From Parasitella parasitica NRRL 2501 (lineage: Eukaryota > Fungi > Mucoromycota): a DNA stretch of 64,000 nt. The notes under the pieces are model-generated. The model did no database searches, was not told the DNA's origin, and saw only the letters and a program-made list of their open reading frames with translations. Positions 36,299-48,300 of the stretch are shown in pieces; the stretch's first letter is position 1; each line of letters opens with the position of its first letter. A program made the position numbers and the translations under genes. The stretch lies in contig MU619260.1 of assembly GCA_025201805.1 (NCBI GenBank), positions 226,405 through 290,404 of the forward strand, written 5' to 3'.

Positions 36299-39200
36299 TT
36301 ATCCTTCTGCCTCCATTGGCTGATGCAATGTCATCGCCTCTAGCTTTATTATGGTACCGGTACTAGGTGCACATGCGTCAGTTGGGGCTGCTGTCTCAAA
36401 CAGAGTCGCCGCGTCACTTGCAGTCGTTGCATCTGTAGGACGCATGACACCATCCAATGTTGATGTATCCATTGGTTGGTCCCTGGTTGCCAGCTCACGG
36501 GAGACTTGTGCTTGGTTGTTGCTATTGGGTTTGGTTACCACATAATCTGTGTTTTCCCAGGTCCAGATGATTGGCTTCCGCCATGCATTCAGTTCTTCTT
36601 TGCTTAGAGGTGCCAATTTTAACTTGTGCATGCTTCTGAGATGCGCGCGATATTCAGCTCGGGTCTGCCAAGATCTGTCGCAAGACTTGCAGTAAAAGTT
36701 GGGGTCATTGATGTCTGGTTCGACTCCTGGAGTCGGTTTGCAGGCGCCAACTCTGTCAATAACCATCTTGTGAAAACTAACGAGATGGTATCGATAGCGC
36801 TCCCAGCTAGGGAAGGTGTAGCTGCAAGACTTGCAAAAGAAGTTTGGATCAGTCTCGTCAGGAACAACACCTGGAGTAGGATAGTATTTTCGATTTCGTC
36901 CCGTCTCTTTCTTGACCTCGTACACTACCAAGTGTTGCACCCGCAGATGCTGAATATATCTTTGCAAGCCCTTGGCTGTCGTGCAACACAAATGGCAGTA
37001 GAGCTTTTCTACATTGAAATCAGACAGCTTGGGGTAAGATCCACCGTCATCAACGGGCGGTTTCATCAACTCCAAATGCCTGTAAGACAAATGCAGCTTG
37101 TAACGACGTGTGGTGGGAAAGCTCAAATCACACGAGATGCAGTGATTGTTCGGGTCATTAGGGTTTGGCTTCACGAGAGTGTTGTTCTTGCTTCGGCGTA
37201 TGAGGGGGACCAGTTCCATCTTATGAACAAGGCGAAGATGTTGTCGGTAGTACTGCGCGCTTTTCATGCTTCGTTTGCAAGACTTGCAGTAAAAATTGGG
37301 GTCGTTCGTGTCAGGAGTTATCATTGGATTCGGCTTATTCAGAGGATCCAGCTTCATCTTGTGTGTACATTTCAGGTGAGCTCGGTACTTTGGCCTGTCA
37401 GCAAACGTAAAGTCGCAAGAACGACAGTAAAAGTTTGGATCGTCAACGTCAGGGATAATGGCAGTATTGACGTTGTACTTTGAGCTTGGCAGTTTGTCCA
37501 GCTTGATCTTGTGTCTGTACTGTAAATGGCCTCGATAATGAGACCGGTTTTTGAACTGCTTCTCACAAGAGATGCAGAAATAATCTGAAGACTGGATATC
37601 AGGTTCGACATTGGGATTAGGAATAGTTACAATCAGTTGTCTTGAGGGCTTCATGCCATGGCGTCTCTTCAAATGGCTACGAAAGTCGCTAACGTTGGGA
37701 TAGGCCACAGTGCAGGAGCGGCAAAAGAAGTTTGGGTCATCAGGATCAGGTAGAATGCCTGGCGTGGGTGTACAAAGCTTGACTAAGGGCTGCAGCTTCA
37801 TATTATGGCGGGTTCTCAGATGTGTGCGGTAGTCATTGCTATGTCGAAAGGTCTTGCAGCAAGATCGACAATAGTTGTTTGGGTCCTTGACATCTGGTTC
37901 AATGTTTGCATCAGGATAAGTCATGGTTCGCAATGGAGTCACTTTATGAACGGCCATCAGATGGTTTCTAAAGTAATGTCGGGTATCATACGTTTTGTTG
38001 CATGAGCAGCAATAAAAGTTGGGATTGTTTATATCAGGCTCCACTCCATCTTGAGGTTGCGCAACCAGCGACTTTAGGTTCATTTTGTGCATTGCCCGCA
38101 AATGAATTCTGTAATCGCCCCTTGACTCGTACGTTCGATTGCACGAACGACAGTGGAAATTAGGGTCTGCAGGATCAGGCTCAACGCCAGGAGTAGCTTG
38201 GCTGATTTCTAGCAACGGCTCAAGTATCATCTGGTGAGGTCTTTTCAGATGGTTTCGATACCTTGTTCTGTTTTCGTATTGAATGTCGCAGGATCTGCAG
38301 CGAAAAGTGAGGTCGTTGACGTCCAATTTAATGTTGGGGTCGAATGTTCTTCGGCTGGTCATCCTTACGTGATGCGTATTGTGGTAATGGCTGATAAACA
38401 GGGCCAAAGTTGCAAACGTCGTTTTGCAGGAAAGACAATAGTTATGGGCATTGGGTATGTCTTTTCCGTCTGCGTTAAACTCTTTGATGTTGTCAAGGTT
38501 CATTTTATGCACGGAAACCAAATGGCTGTGGTAGGCACCAGAGGTCCTTTTGTACTCGGCATCGCACGAACGACAATGTGAGTTTGTATCGTCCATGTCG
38601 GGAATGCCACCAGTGTTCCTTCTCATTCTGAGTGCCTTGGCAGGGAATTCCATCCAGTGTTTCGCGTTCAAATGATGAAAGTAACTTTTTCGATTAGCGA
38701 ACTTTGCTTGACAAGCACGACAGTAGTTGTTTTGGTCCTTGGGGTCGGGCTTGATTCCTGGAATTGGCTTGTATTTCTTTACGATTGATTCAAGCTTCAT
38801 GTGATGTATTCTTGTGCAGTGCTTTCGAAAGCTCCAAAGTTGCGTATCTGTGGTATTGCACACTCTGCAGTACAAGTTGGGATCACGAGGATCTGGCAAA
38901 AAATCTATGTATCTGAGTGGTTAGTTGACTAAACAAATAAGAAGAAAAAAAAAAAGGCGTTGAGCCTAGCTACCCTCTTGTGCATTCAGCAAGCTTGATG
39001 AACCCGTGTTTGTTTCAGCCATGTCGACAGCATCGCTCTCATTCAAAAGATCGTCATTGGCGATTTCCTGTTGCCCTACTATAACTCCCTCCATTTTCAC
39101 AGTCGGCTCTTCCTTGATGGCTGGGCTATTATCAGCTTGTGCAACGGATGGAGCCTCGACTGTGGAGCTATCATAACGCTCAGTCTCATTTTTGATTTGC

Positions 39201-39307
39201 AATTTGGAAAACCAGTTTGTAATAGAAGTTTGCTGTCGGTTCTTTTGCCTTAAAGCGGCATTCTCGGAAGCTCTAGCGGAGGATTTCGTACGTTTAGCTC
39301 GTGTCAT
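36299..39307 (-). CDS. Poly-C2H2 zinc-finger protein: 16 repeats of about 48 aa (PD.nDPNfyCxxC-x12-HxxxxH) plus an N-terminal PIP box; exons 39307-38974 and 38904-36299
   Basis: 16 CxxC...HxxxxH units were counted in the 866-aa ORF. Exon 1 joins in frame (G|AT TTT TTG). QTSITNWF at residues 26-33. Confidence 0.88.
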
Positions 39308-39462
39308 TTTTTGGTTAAGAAGAAGTAAAAGGAATTAAGGGACAAACTGCTCCTGCTTGCTTTTTGAACGAAAAGTTCGCTCATTAAAAAGCTACTGTGT
39401 CACTGAAAGCGCAAGACCTGGCTACGTTTATTGTATTCTGGCAAACAAAATGAAATGCTTTA

Positions 39463-40122
39463 TTAAGCCCACACGGCTGAACTGTCGACACCCTTGGCTT
39501 TACCATCTTGGTACGTTTTACTCAACTCGTTGTATTGTTTCTTGATTTCTTGGACGCGCTGCTTGAATTCTTCAGCTTTGACCGTTTCCATGGTATCAAC
39601 AACCTGAGCAACAGAACGCGAGGTGAAAAAGTGATTATCAGAGTTATACAGTGGCCTGCTCTTTAAGCTCTCCTCGGTATCTGTAGGCGCTCTAACACGG
39701 TAAACCTCCTCCAAGATTTGAATGTCGTAGGGGATAGCAAATTCATCTCTAGAATCCTCATATGTAAACAGGTAATAGAACTCGTTGAACCCGGCCCAAG
39801 TAATGGCGCTCAAGCATAGCGAACAGGGCTCATGTGTGGCGTAAAAGACGCAGTCTTTTGGGCTTGGTCTTGATTCCTTTGGGATTTGTGTAAAAAACTC
39901 TTGGATACAGTTTGTCTCTCCATGCAGCAATGGTGATACCTGCTCGTTGTTCGTAGAGGCATGCACTAGTTCCAAAGTGTCCTTTTTGAAGATGGCAGCA
40001 CCGAAAAGTTTGGAACCAGAGGAAACGCCTCTGGCAGTCAGTGGGATGATCTTGTTGACAGTGGTATCAAAAAGAGTGTTGATCAGATCCTCTGGCGTAT
40101 GCTTGGATTTTTCAAATGGCAT
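39463..40122 (-). CDS. Cytidine/deoxycytidylate-deaminase-fold zinc deaminase (guanine/nucleoside-deaminase-like), intronless
   Basis: FGAAI, LLHGETNC (HxE) and HEPCSLCLSAITWAG (PCxxC). Confidence 0.88.
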   Translation of the reverse strand: MPFEKSKHTPEDLINTLFDTTVNKIIPLTARGVSSGSKLFGAAIFKKDTLELVHASTNNEQVSPLLHGETNCIQEFFTQIPKESRPSPKDCVFYATHEPCSLCLSAITWAGFNEFYYLFTYEDSRDEFAIPYDIQILEEVYRVRAPTDTEESLKSRPLYNSDNHFFTSRSVAQVVDTMETVKAEEFKQRVQEIKKQYNELSKTYQDGKAKGVDSSAVWA

Positions 40123-41369
40123 TTTCTGGAGAATTGTCTAAAATATTATTATACTTTACGCTAGTGGTATTTATAGTAAAGATTGAAGAGATATTCGTAA
40201 CACAGAATGGAAATTCGATGTGAAAATAATCTGCAATATACCGCCTATCTCAAAAGAAAGTTTATTTTTGACATTCCTATCAATTAGTCCCCAAGATCAA
40301 CGTTGCTTTAAACTTATTGAAACACCTATTCCCACAGTTGACAATTCCCATGCAGTCGAATAGATCCTCCATATATACCTGGCATATTATTCCCATGCTA
40401 CAGCAAACGAAGCCAAATATACATGGTATATATATGCTGCAAGGGAATTAGCCCATCTTAAAACAGAAAATCAACATCATATGGATTTAAATGAAAGAAA
40501 GTTTATTTAGATGCAGTAAAAGCAAAATAAAACTGAAGCCAGACAGAAAGCAGAAAACGAGGGTTATAAAGAAGCTGTCCATCAAGAGACTCAAGCACTA
40601 TCATCGTCATCTGTAAGTTATTCAATGTCCTGTAAGGAGAAAGAACTAAACGAATGCAAAAAGGCAAAAGTATAATTTGCATTTCCTGACAAAGATGATC
40701 AAATACTTCAAGTTTTATTTACACAAGCCCAAGGTGAGCGAACAAAATATTGGGTCGAAATCTCCTAGGGTGGAATCAATAAAGAGAAATTTATCTAAAG
40801 ACACTTTGAGGTTGGAAGACAAACAGGGGAGGGGACAAAGAAAAGGAAAGTGTAGATGTAAAATATACAGTGTGGGTGAAGGAGACGGATTAAACCTCGT
40901 AGTAGCTACGCTACTCATCCAGTCTTTAGCGACGGAAGTACAGCCTTTTCATCAACTGGGTTTTCACTAAGGTCGCAGCCGAGGGTCTGCTACTCGCGAG
41001 TGCCGAGGGTCATCAAGCAAGATGCCTACGCTACTTTGAAAATATTGAAATATTGTATTGTGGGAAATACATTTCTGCTTTCGTCTTTTTTGCAAGGATT
41101 GATATTAAGGCGATTACGTCATATCGGAATCGAGATAAATAAAAAGACGCATTAACATGTTGCAGATTAAAAGGCCAAGCGTTAATGTGGCAATTATGTG
41201 AGTGGATTTTTGATCGAAGTAGATCTGCTCAATTTTCTGAATCTTACGTTTCAAGGTTATGTTCTTTAAAGTCCATCTATTCCAGCATTTTTAAATGCAC
41301 TAAAACCCTGGTAATTGCAAATGCTTATGTAGAAGTATTTCTTTCGTGATATTGATTTTTTTTTTCCTA

Positions 41370-42607
41370 TATAGAAACAATCAAAAGCAACTTTTGAGAC
41401 ATCGGCCATCGCTGCCACCACTGCTTTTGCAGACTGTGCCGTACTTACTATTACTGAACTTGCTAATAGCAGTATTGGTGTTAGTGATAATCTTGATGAA
41501 GGTGATAATGTTACTATCAAACCCGATAAAGCTGACAACACTGACGGTGATACTGTTGAGGTTGCTGAAAATGCTAATGACAATGCTGGTGAAATTGATA
41601 ATGCTAATGTTATTGCTGGTGAAGTCGCTGATACCGGTGATACTATCGCTAATGATACTATTGACTGCATCCGCTCTCGGCTTACCTCTCTAAAGCAAAG
41701 TTGTTTTCGGACCATGAAGAAATTTATAAATTGCTTATGTCAGGTTGTGTCAATATGAATGCTGTCCAAAGATCTCAGTATAAGCGTATTCTCACTGAAA
41801 GCGACTACGATAATATTATCCAGCAATGTTACCAAATGAAACAGTTCGAGCCTATTCCCACTGAGATTGATCTTATCATTAATGAGATATTTGATGCTTT
41901 GTTGCCTTTTATATTTGAGTAGGTTTTATGTCATTTATTCGAGCTTACGGTCTTACTGATATCTTTAAATTCTAGTCGTAATACAAATCAGGCTATTAGT
42001 ACTATTGATACAATGAAAGCAGCAGTTCAAGATAAAAAGTCCACCAGATATATCATTCACGATATTGTTTCACACATGTAGGTAACTCTATTCTATCAAA
42101 ACATTATGAAAAGAAAAGTAGTAACTGAAAATCTCATTCATACGCATATAGCATATCTAACATGGCATGTCGGGAAAATCAAACATTGAGTTTAAGAAAG
42201 CAGCAGTATAAGACAATTTAGTGAATCATCAGCAAAGCAAAAATATCAGGATTAATAGCTGCATTCTCAACCAGGTTAACTTGATGACTGACTCAACAGA
42301 CAACACTATTTTATACTATGACTTTATCGAAAGACATGGATATTTGGCTCAATTATTTGAGTATAAAGATGTTTATATATGTCAAAAGCTACAATCTATC
42401 ACTATCCCTACCTGTATGCTTGAATTGGAATTATTTCGTTTATCTCTGAAGTTTATGTTCGTTTGGAAATATCACATAATTAACTTGGACAACAAAATCA
42501 TTCTCGCCAAGTTGAACAAAGAACAACAGTTCCTGCCTGCAGACATTAGCAGTACGATTAGTCCTTCTCGTTCTCCACCTCATAATGTTCAGCCAGTTCA
42601 GGTGTAG
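41370..42607 (+). pseudogene. Fragmented copy of a Mucorales expanded REase-like gene family
   Basis: Frameshifted fragments with intron-like gaps. The C-terminal piece HQQSKNIRINSCIL...YYDFIERHGYLAQL...ITIPTC resembles the tail of PD-(D/E)XK-type families. No intact catalytic core is visible. Confidence 0.45.
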
Positions 42608-43795
42608 TTGTCGCCTTCTAATGCTAACAAGAGAACTCGTTTCGTGTTTGAGGAGGACCAAAAATAATTTAATTTCAATGCTCACACTGTAATCCTTCAT
42701 TACATTTAATCAAGTAGTTTTTTAATTATAATGCATGTATACCTTATCCATTTGATATCCTATTATAAGCACTGTGATTACGAGGAAAGATTTAAATTTA
42801 GTCAAAATATAACAATTACTATAATTAAAAAGACAAGAGACGATGTTAACACAAACATGTCAATTGTGGCATCACCATTGCTAGGCCTTAATTTATCTTT
42901 GCCCTTTCACTTTGTGAAAAAAAAAAATATTATTTTTTCCCAAAATGATAGACAGAAGTTTCTAATTGTATAAAACGTTTGCATGTTGCTATAGAATTCG
43001 TATATAATCATTCCACAAATCCACATGATGAAATTGCAATCACTACCATGCGCCAGCCAAAGCTCTCTGTTATTGTACACATTATTTGAAATGTATCTGA
43101 TAAAGTTTTGCTTTTCCTGATAGGCTCATATAGTTTATCATCAACTGTTTCTTTTAGATCAATTCAAATAACAATGACCAAGATCTTGCTCACAAGAAGT
43201 AGTACAATATCCAGTGGTTACAGGGCCAAACCAGGCCAACCTGAAGGATAAAAAAATAATCCGTTTCTAATTGATAAGCTATGTTTGAGAATAGGACCTA
43301 TTTATCTTAAAAAACATATGTCTGATACTTTTTCATCAATATCTCTTAAGATAATATATGTGGAGAAGACAATCTACAATGCACAAGAAGTGCCAAATTG
43401 TTTTACCTTGTTGAAATGCACCAGATAGTAACTACGATCTTCTGGGGAGTCATTTAGTGCATTTCTAAGCATTTAAATTGTTTATAAAGAGTGTAAATTC
43501 AATCGAAGCGGTGAAAACAGGTAGATTGGCGATCATTAAGTGTGATGTCGACATGCTGGTATTTGTGATCCTTTCCAAGAGCTAATTGATAGTTCCAACT
43601 GCAATTTAAAGGCTACTTGTATTTCATGGTTTGTCAACTCCCGTGCCCTTGTTTCATTTGGCATAGGACGTTATTGAATATGCAGTTTATGTAATATTCA
43701 TAAGCCATCATCAACCAATGCGGAGCATAAGACTAATTGGTTGACTGGCTCTTTCAACGCTTCTTTCCAGTTTGATAATTTTTCAACCACTCATC

Positions 43796-45273
43796 ATGGC
43801 TTTTTCACTTTATGGGGCATTACCTCCATCCAAATCAGATAAAACAGTCGATAATACCAAAAAAGAGACATCATCTGGTCAACCAAATGGGCTATACTCG
43901 TCTTTGCCTGCACCAGAATCAGGGCCCACCATTTTTCAAAGTAATTCTCAGTCGTCGTCTTTAACAACAACAACAGCAACAACAGCAACAACAGCAACAA
44001 CAGTAGCAGCAGCAGCAGTTTCAAACACATCAGAATCGACTTCTGTCTCGAATAATCACCCAGCTAAACAACCAGGTAAGGTAGCCAAGATGGAAATGAT
44101 GAAATGAATGCTTAATCGAGCGCTTAGGATGGTCTGCCATCAATACCTTTAGACCCGTTTTACGCAGACCTACGATCCAAGCAAAACCAAAGCTCAACAG
44201 GCCCTTTATTCCTGCTGGAGCAACTCTTGTTTCGACAAAAACAATTACAAAGGAGGACAGAGAAAAGGAACGACTGGTTGAATCTGAAGCGATAAAAGCC
44301 TCTTCTGCCGACGAGCACAAGAAAAACGACAATATTGATTTAGGTGCAATTCCATTGTTGACGACTGCAGACGATGTCAATGGATTTCGTGCAACGCAAA
44401 AGGCAGGTAAAAAGAAAAAGAAAGGTTTGAAAGCTGCTGCAGCCGCACCTCCCCAGGCTATTGTGTTTAATATGCTGGAAGATTACGACCCTCATCGACC
44501 CAATGACTATGAACAATACAAGGAGGAGCGCAAAGAATTAAAGGAACAGCAAAAAAGAAAGAGAGAGTGGGAAAAGAAGCAGGATATGGATGGATCATGG
44601 TCAAGGTCTCGTTCAAGATCATATTCTGGATCTAGGTCCAGATCCAGAACAGCAAGCCCTGAGAGACACACACCACTGGCGCCCAAGCAGGGTACCAATG
44701 CGACAAGAATTAATGTCAACGAAACAGCGGATGATGCCTATATGCGAAGACTAAAGATGAGCCAACAGCAACAGCCGCTGCCACAGGTGATGCCCGATCC
44801 ACCGAGGTAAGTAAGCACACTACATATTCAGGTAAATACACAAATATTTAGTCTGTTTCTGTAGAGCGCAAGAACTGCATCCAGCGCAACACAGCCTTGT
44901 TGCTGATAGTAGAAAAGATACGCCATCTCAGGTCATTTTGCTCACCAATATGGTTGGACCAGGCCAAGTGGATGACATGTTGCAAGAGGAAACAGCAGAA
45001 GAGTGCTCAAAGTACGGAAAGGTCGAGAGGTGTCTTATATTCGAAGTGCCCCGAGGAAAGATTAGTGATGAGCAATCAGTTCGTATTTTTGTTCAATTTT
45101 CCAGCGCAGAGTCGGCAAGAGACGCCATCCAGGATTTAAACGGCCGGTTCTTTGGCGGCCGAATAGTGTCTGCGAAATTTTTTGACATTAAGCGATTTGA
45201 GAAGCTGGATCTGGCCCCTTGCAAGGAGGAGCTATACCAGCAAAGTCAAGAGGGGGGCCACTGCGCAGTCTGA
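43796..45273 (+). CDS. SPF45: Splicing factor 45 (SPF45/RBM17/DRT111) with C-terminal UHM; 3 exons
   Basis: N-terminal SLYG, SPF45 motif EDYDPHRPNDYE, ETADDAYMRR and UHM ILLTNMVGPG...EECSKYGKV...LNGRFFGGRIV. Confidence 0.88.
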
Positions 45274-45378
45274 AAAATGGGTGTAGTAGTAATGGTGTTG
45301 GATTGTAATTTTGGGCCTTGAATTCATAAAACCTCCTTTCTTTATCTTTTCTTTTTACGAGTTGTGTTTACAGCAATA

Positions 45379-48300
45379 ATGAATGGGTAAAATGTCAATT
45401 TTTCTTTTAACATGTAAAAGTGAACTGTATCAATTAATGGCTCGTCTTGTGTAAAAAGATTGGACTATGACTTGCATTCTCGCATTCTAATGAGTCTGGC
45501 AGGTGTGCTGGCTGACTCGAGAGCCAAAACAACAGACGATGAAGTGGAAAGGCTATTATCGAAATGCCCCGACATTACTGTGATTCCAATGGAGGATATA
45601 AACATCAGTGTGCCCAGCCAGCAGTCTAGTGCTGGACGCATGGTATCTATATTTTATGCTGGTTTGTACAAAACTCCTCTACTGACACGCTTCATATAGA
45701 CCCACCGCTATCAGCAAACTTTGGATGCTTTGATCAGATACACCGCGGGTGCTACTGAAGATAGACAAGTTGAACTTGTACCTCGAATTCTCAGCTATTT
45801 AAAGCATCTGCCAAGCTACGAATGGGACGAGCAGATTTTCACCACGGGCTCCACACTACCCGACAATGTTACTTACTGCCTTGTTTCTGGCTTATTAGAC
45901 ATTGCCCACCAACGCTTTGCATTGCGACACACCATATACGACACACTGTGGAACTATGGAAAATGCATTATTAATTTCATGGACACAACCAGCAAGGAAT
46001 ACATTGTCTATTTTATACTCCCTTCTTTGGCAGGTTTAGCCCGTGCATTGCAAGTGTCGCCTTATTTATACAAAGCCTATCAACTTCAAGCTCTCTGTGA
46101 ATACATGCAGCCATTGATAGTGGACAAGACACTGGAGAACATTAGAAATGCCATTGATGGTTGTTTAAAAGATTGCGATATTGCAGCCTACAGCAGACGT
46201 GTTTTGGAGAGTTACTGGGAAGCAGGAATGCCTCTTGGCTCGAATAGAATCATTCATGATCTGCTCATCATTCTCAGAAACGTCACTGCTCGTGTTATTG
46301 CTATCTCAGACCCTACAAATGATCAGCATGAGCAAGTCAGCCTAGAGAAACTGCATCTCACGACAAACATTGAAGGCGCATGGTCGGATTTGATGAAAAA
46401 AGCAGCAGAAGGCGTGCGACCCCTAGGCGATCAAGTTTCTGAGACGGAAAAGAAGCTAAACAAGAGCCTCAGAGGCATCTATGTCATGAGTTTGGGCTAT
46501 TTTGATGATATCAGAAAATACGCCGTGAAGCGAGAGAACGAAGGCAAGAAATGGTCGCTTGATTCATACATGAAGGAGATTATGGGCACAAGTCTCCAAG
46601 TAGCAGGATTGTCCTCTGTCTACTTGCACCAAGTAGATGATGTGCTGATCAACTATGTCTACGAGTGTCTGTTCAAGAATCCCAATGGCAGCGACGCTTG
46701 GGTTCATGTTGCCTCTCTTGATACAGCTGTTCTCTTGGCAATAAAGTAAGTGTGTGCTCCTAAAGGTTATGTGCAGCATGTGTCTAATCGTCTTCTAGTT
46801 TCCCGGCTTTAAACAACAAAATGACTAAAACTATCTGCCGCTATCTGGCTACACCATCGCCAGTGTTTGAATTGGTTACAGGATTGGATCAACAAACAAT
46901 GACCATGCAAAAGTTCGCCATTGTTCGTTTAGCCCAATGTGTGCAGGTAAGTCCAATCCATAAATATACATGTCACCCCTGACCCAACTAATCATCTCGG
47001 CAAAGACTCAAGCCGCAACGCAAATGCGTCAAGCCGCCAACTCGACCTTTTATGCTCTTTTGAATGAAATTACTCGCTTTTCCGATGAAGATACGGGCAG
47101 CAAGCAACCGTCTCTAGTGCACTCAAACAGCATTTCAGGTGCCCCTGCTGTCGAGCTTTTAAATGAATCGCAAAAGCAACAAGTTTGTGTCAATGCACTA
47201 TCTGCTATTGTCGGCGTAGCTGTTTATCTCGAGGATGAGTCGGTAAGTGAGCTATAGAACGAGCCACTGATATTATAAGCCAACCACATTGCTTTGTATA
47301 GATTATATCCCAGGCGTATTCCGTACTGTCGTTGCGTCGTAAATCCTTTTCTATTTCAGCAATTACAACACTAACTAGCAGCCTTGTTGATCTTGCACTT
47401 GTTAGCTCGCTGAGTGTGTTTCGCGATATCATCAACTTGTTCTCGGTACTAAGTAGAGAGTCTCTCATGGTGGACAACAAGCAGCTCACATCAGCCATCC
47501 TCGACGCCCAGTTTGACCTCGCTAAAAGACTGTCAGATAAGCCTGAGCATTACGATTGCTACCTCAGCAACATGCTGGGACTTTTCGTGGAGAATGGCAA
47601 CACAATTCAGCGCATGATTAGTAAAAACAAAAAGGAATCGGAATTGCCCTGGATAACCAAACTAGGCAAGCTTTTACCAGTGATTCGCACTCTGCTGGAG
47701 CATGATGACTTTAATCCTCATTTGAACCCGAGCGAAGACACTGTATCTCTCTTCCGCAACACTTGGTTTCATTGTGTTTTGTTTGGTTTTGTAACGGAAT
47801 CAATATGGATCCGGGAATGGCACGATTCAATGCTTCTTATCGCCAAAAAGACACCTGCTCTTGTCATTGAAAGCGCCACAAATTACCTCGAGAGTGATTT
47901 GGAGTACAATTCTGTATTGCGCGGGGCAAACACTTCTGATCGAGATATTGGACTGTTGCGACAGAAGCTAACGACATTTTTGCCAGCACTGGCATATGAC
48001 ACCAAGAACTTTTCGTTTGCTCAAATTGTGTTTGCACTTAGTGTCTACCACATTGAGATGATGAGAAGTAAAGCGGGCGACTGCAGCTATATCCTGCGTT
48101 ATTTTATGAACGATGGCGTCAGCAACAGCACCATGTCCAATTGTCTAGAGACTATCGCAGATCGAGTGGTAACTGCTTATATCAAGGATGCTTCATACAA
48201 AGCTGCGTTTCAAAATCTGGACAGTGAACTGCGCACCCAAATGACCAATCTGCTCAAACTGTGCTGCCATCGCCTACGCAAGGTGCATTCCTTGGCTGTC

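Noticed and set aside
40900-41040. Hammerhead-like TGATGA/GAAA words on the minus strand
   Set aside because: No proper stem II closes between the core motifs.
43026-43100. Box C/D-like ATGATGA...CTGA, and similarly near 62972-63030
   Set aside because: No terminal stem or recognisable rRNA guide; such words are expected by chance in AT-rich DNA.
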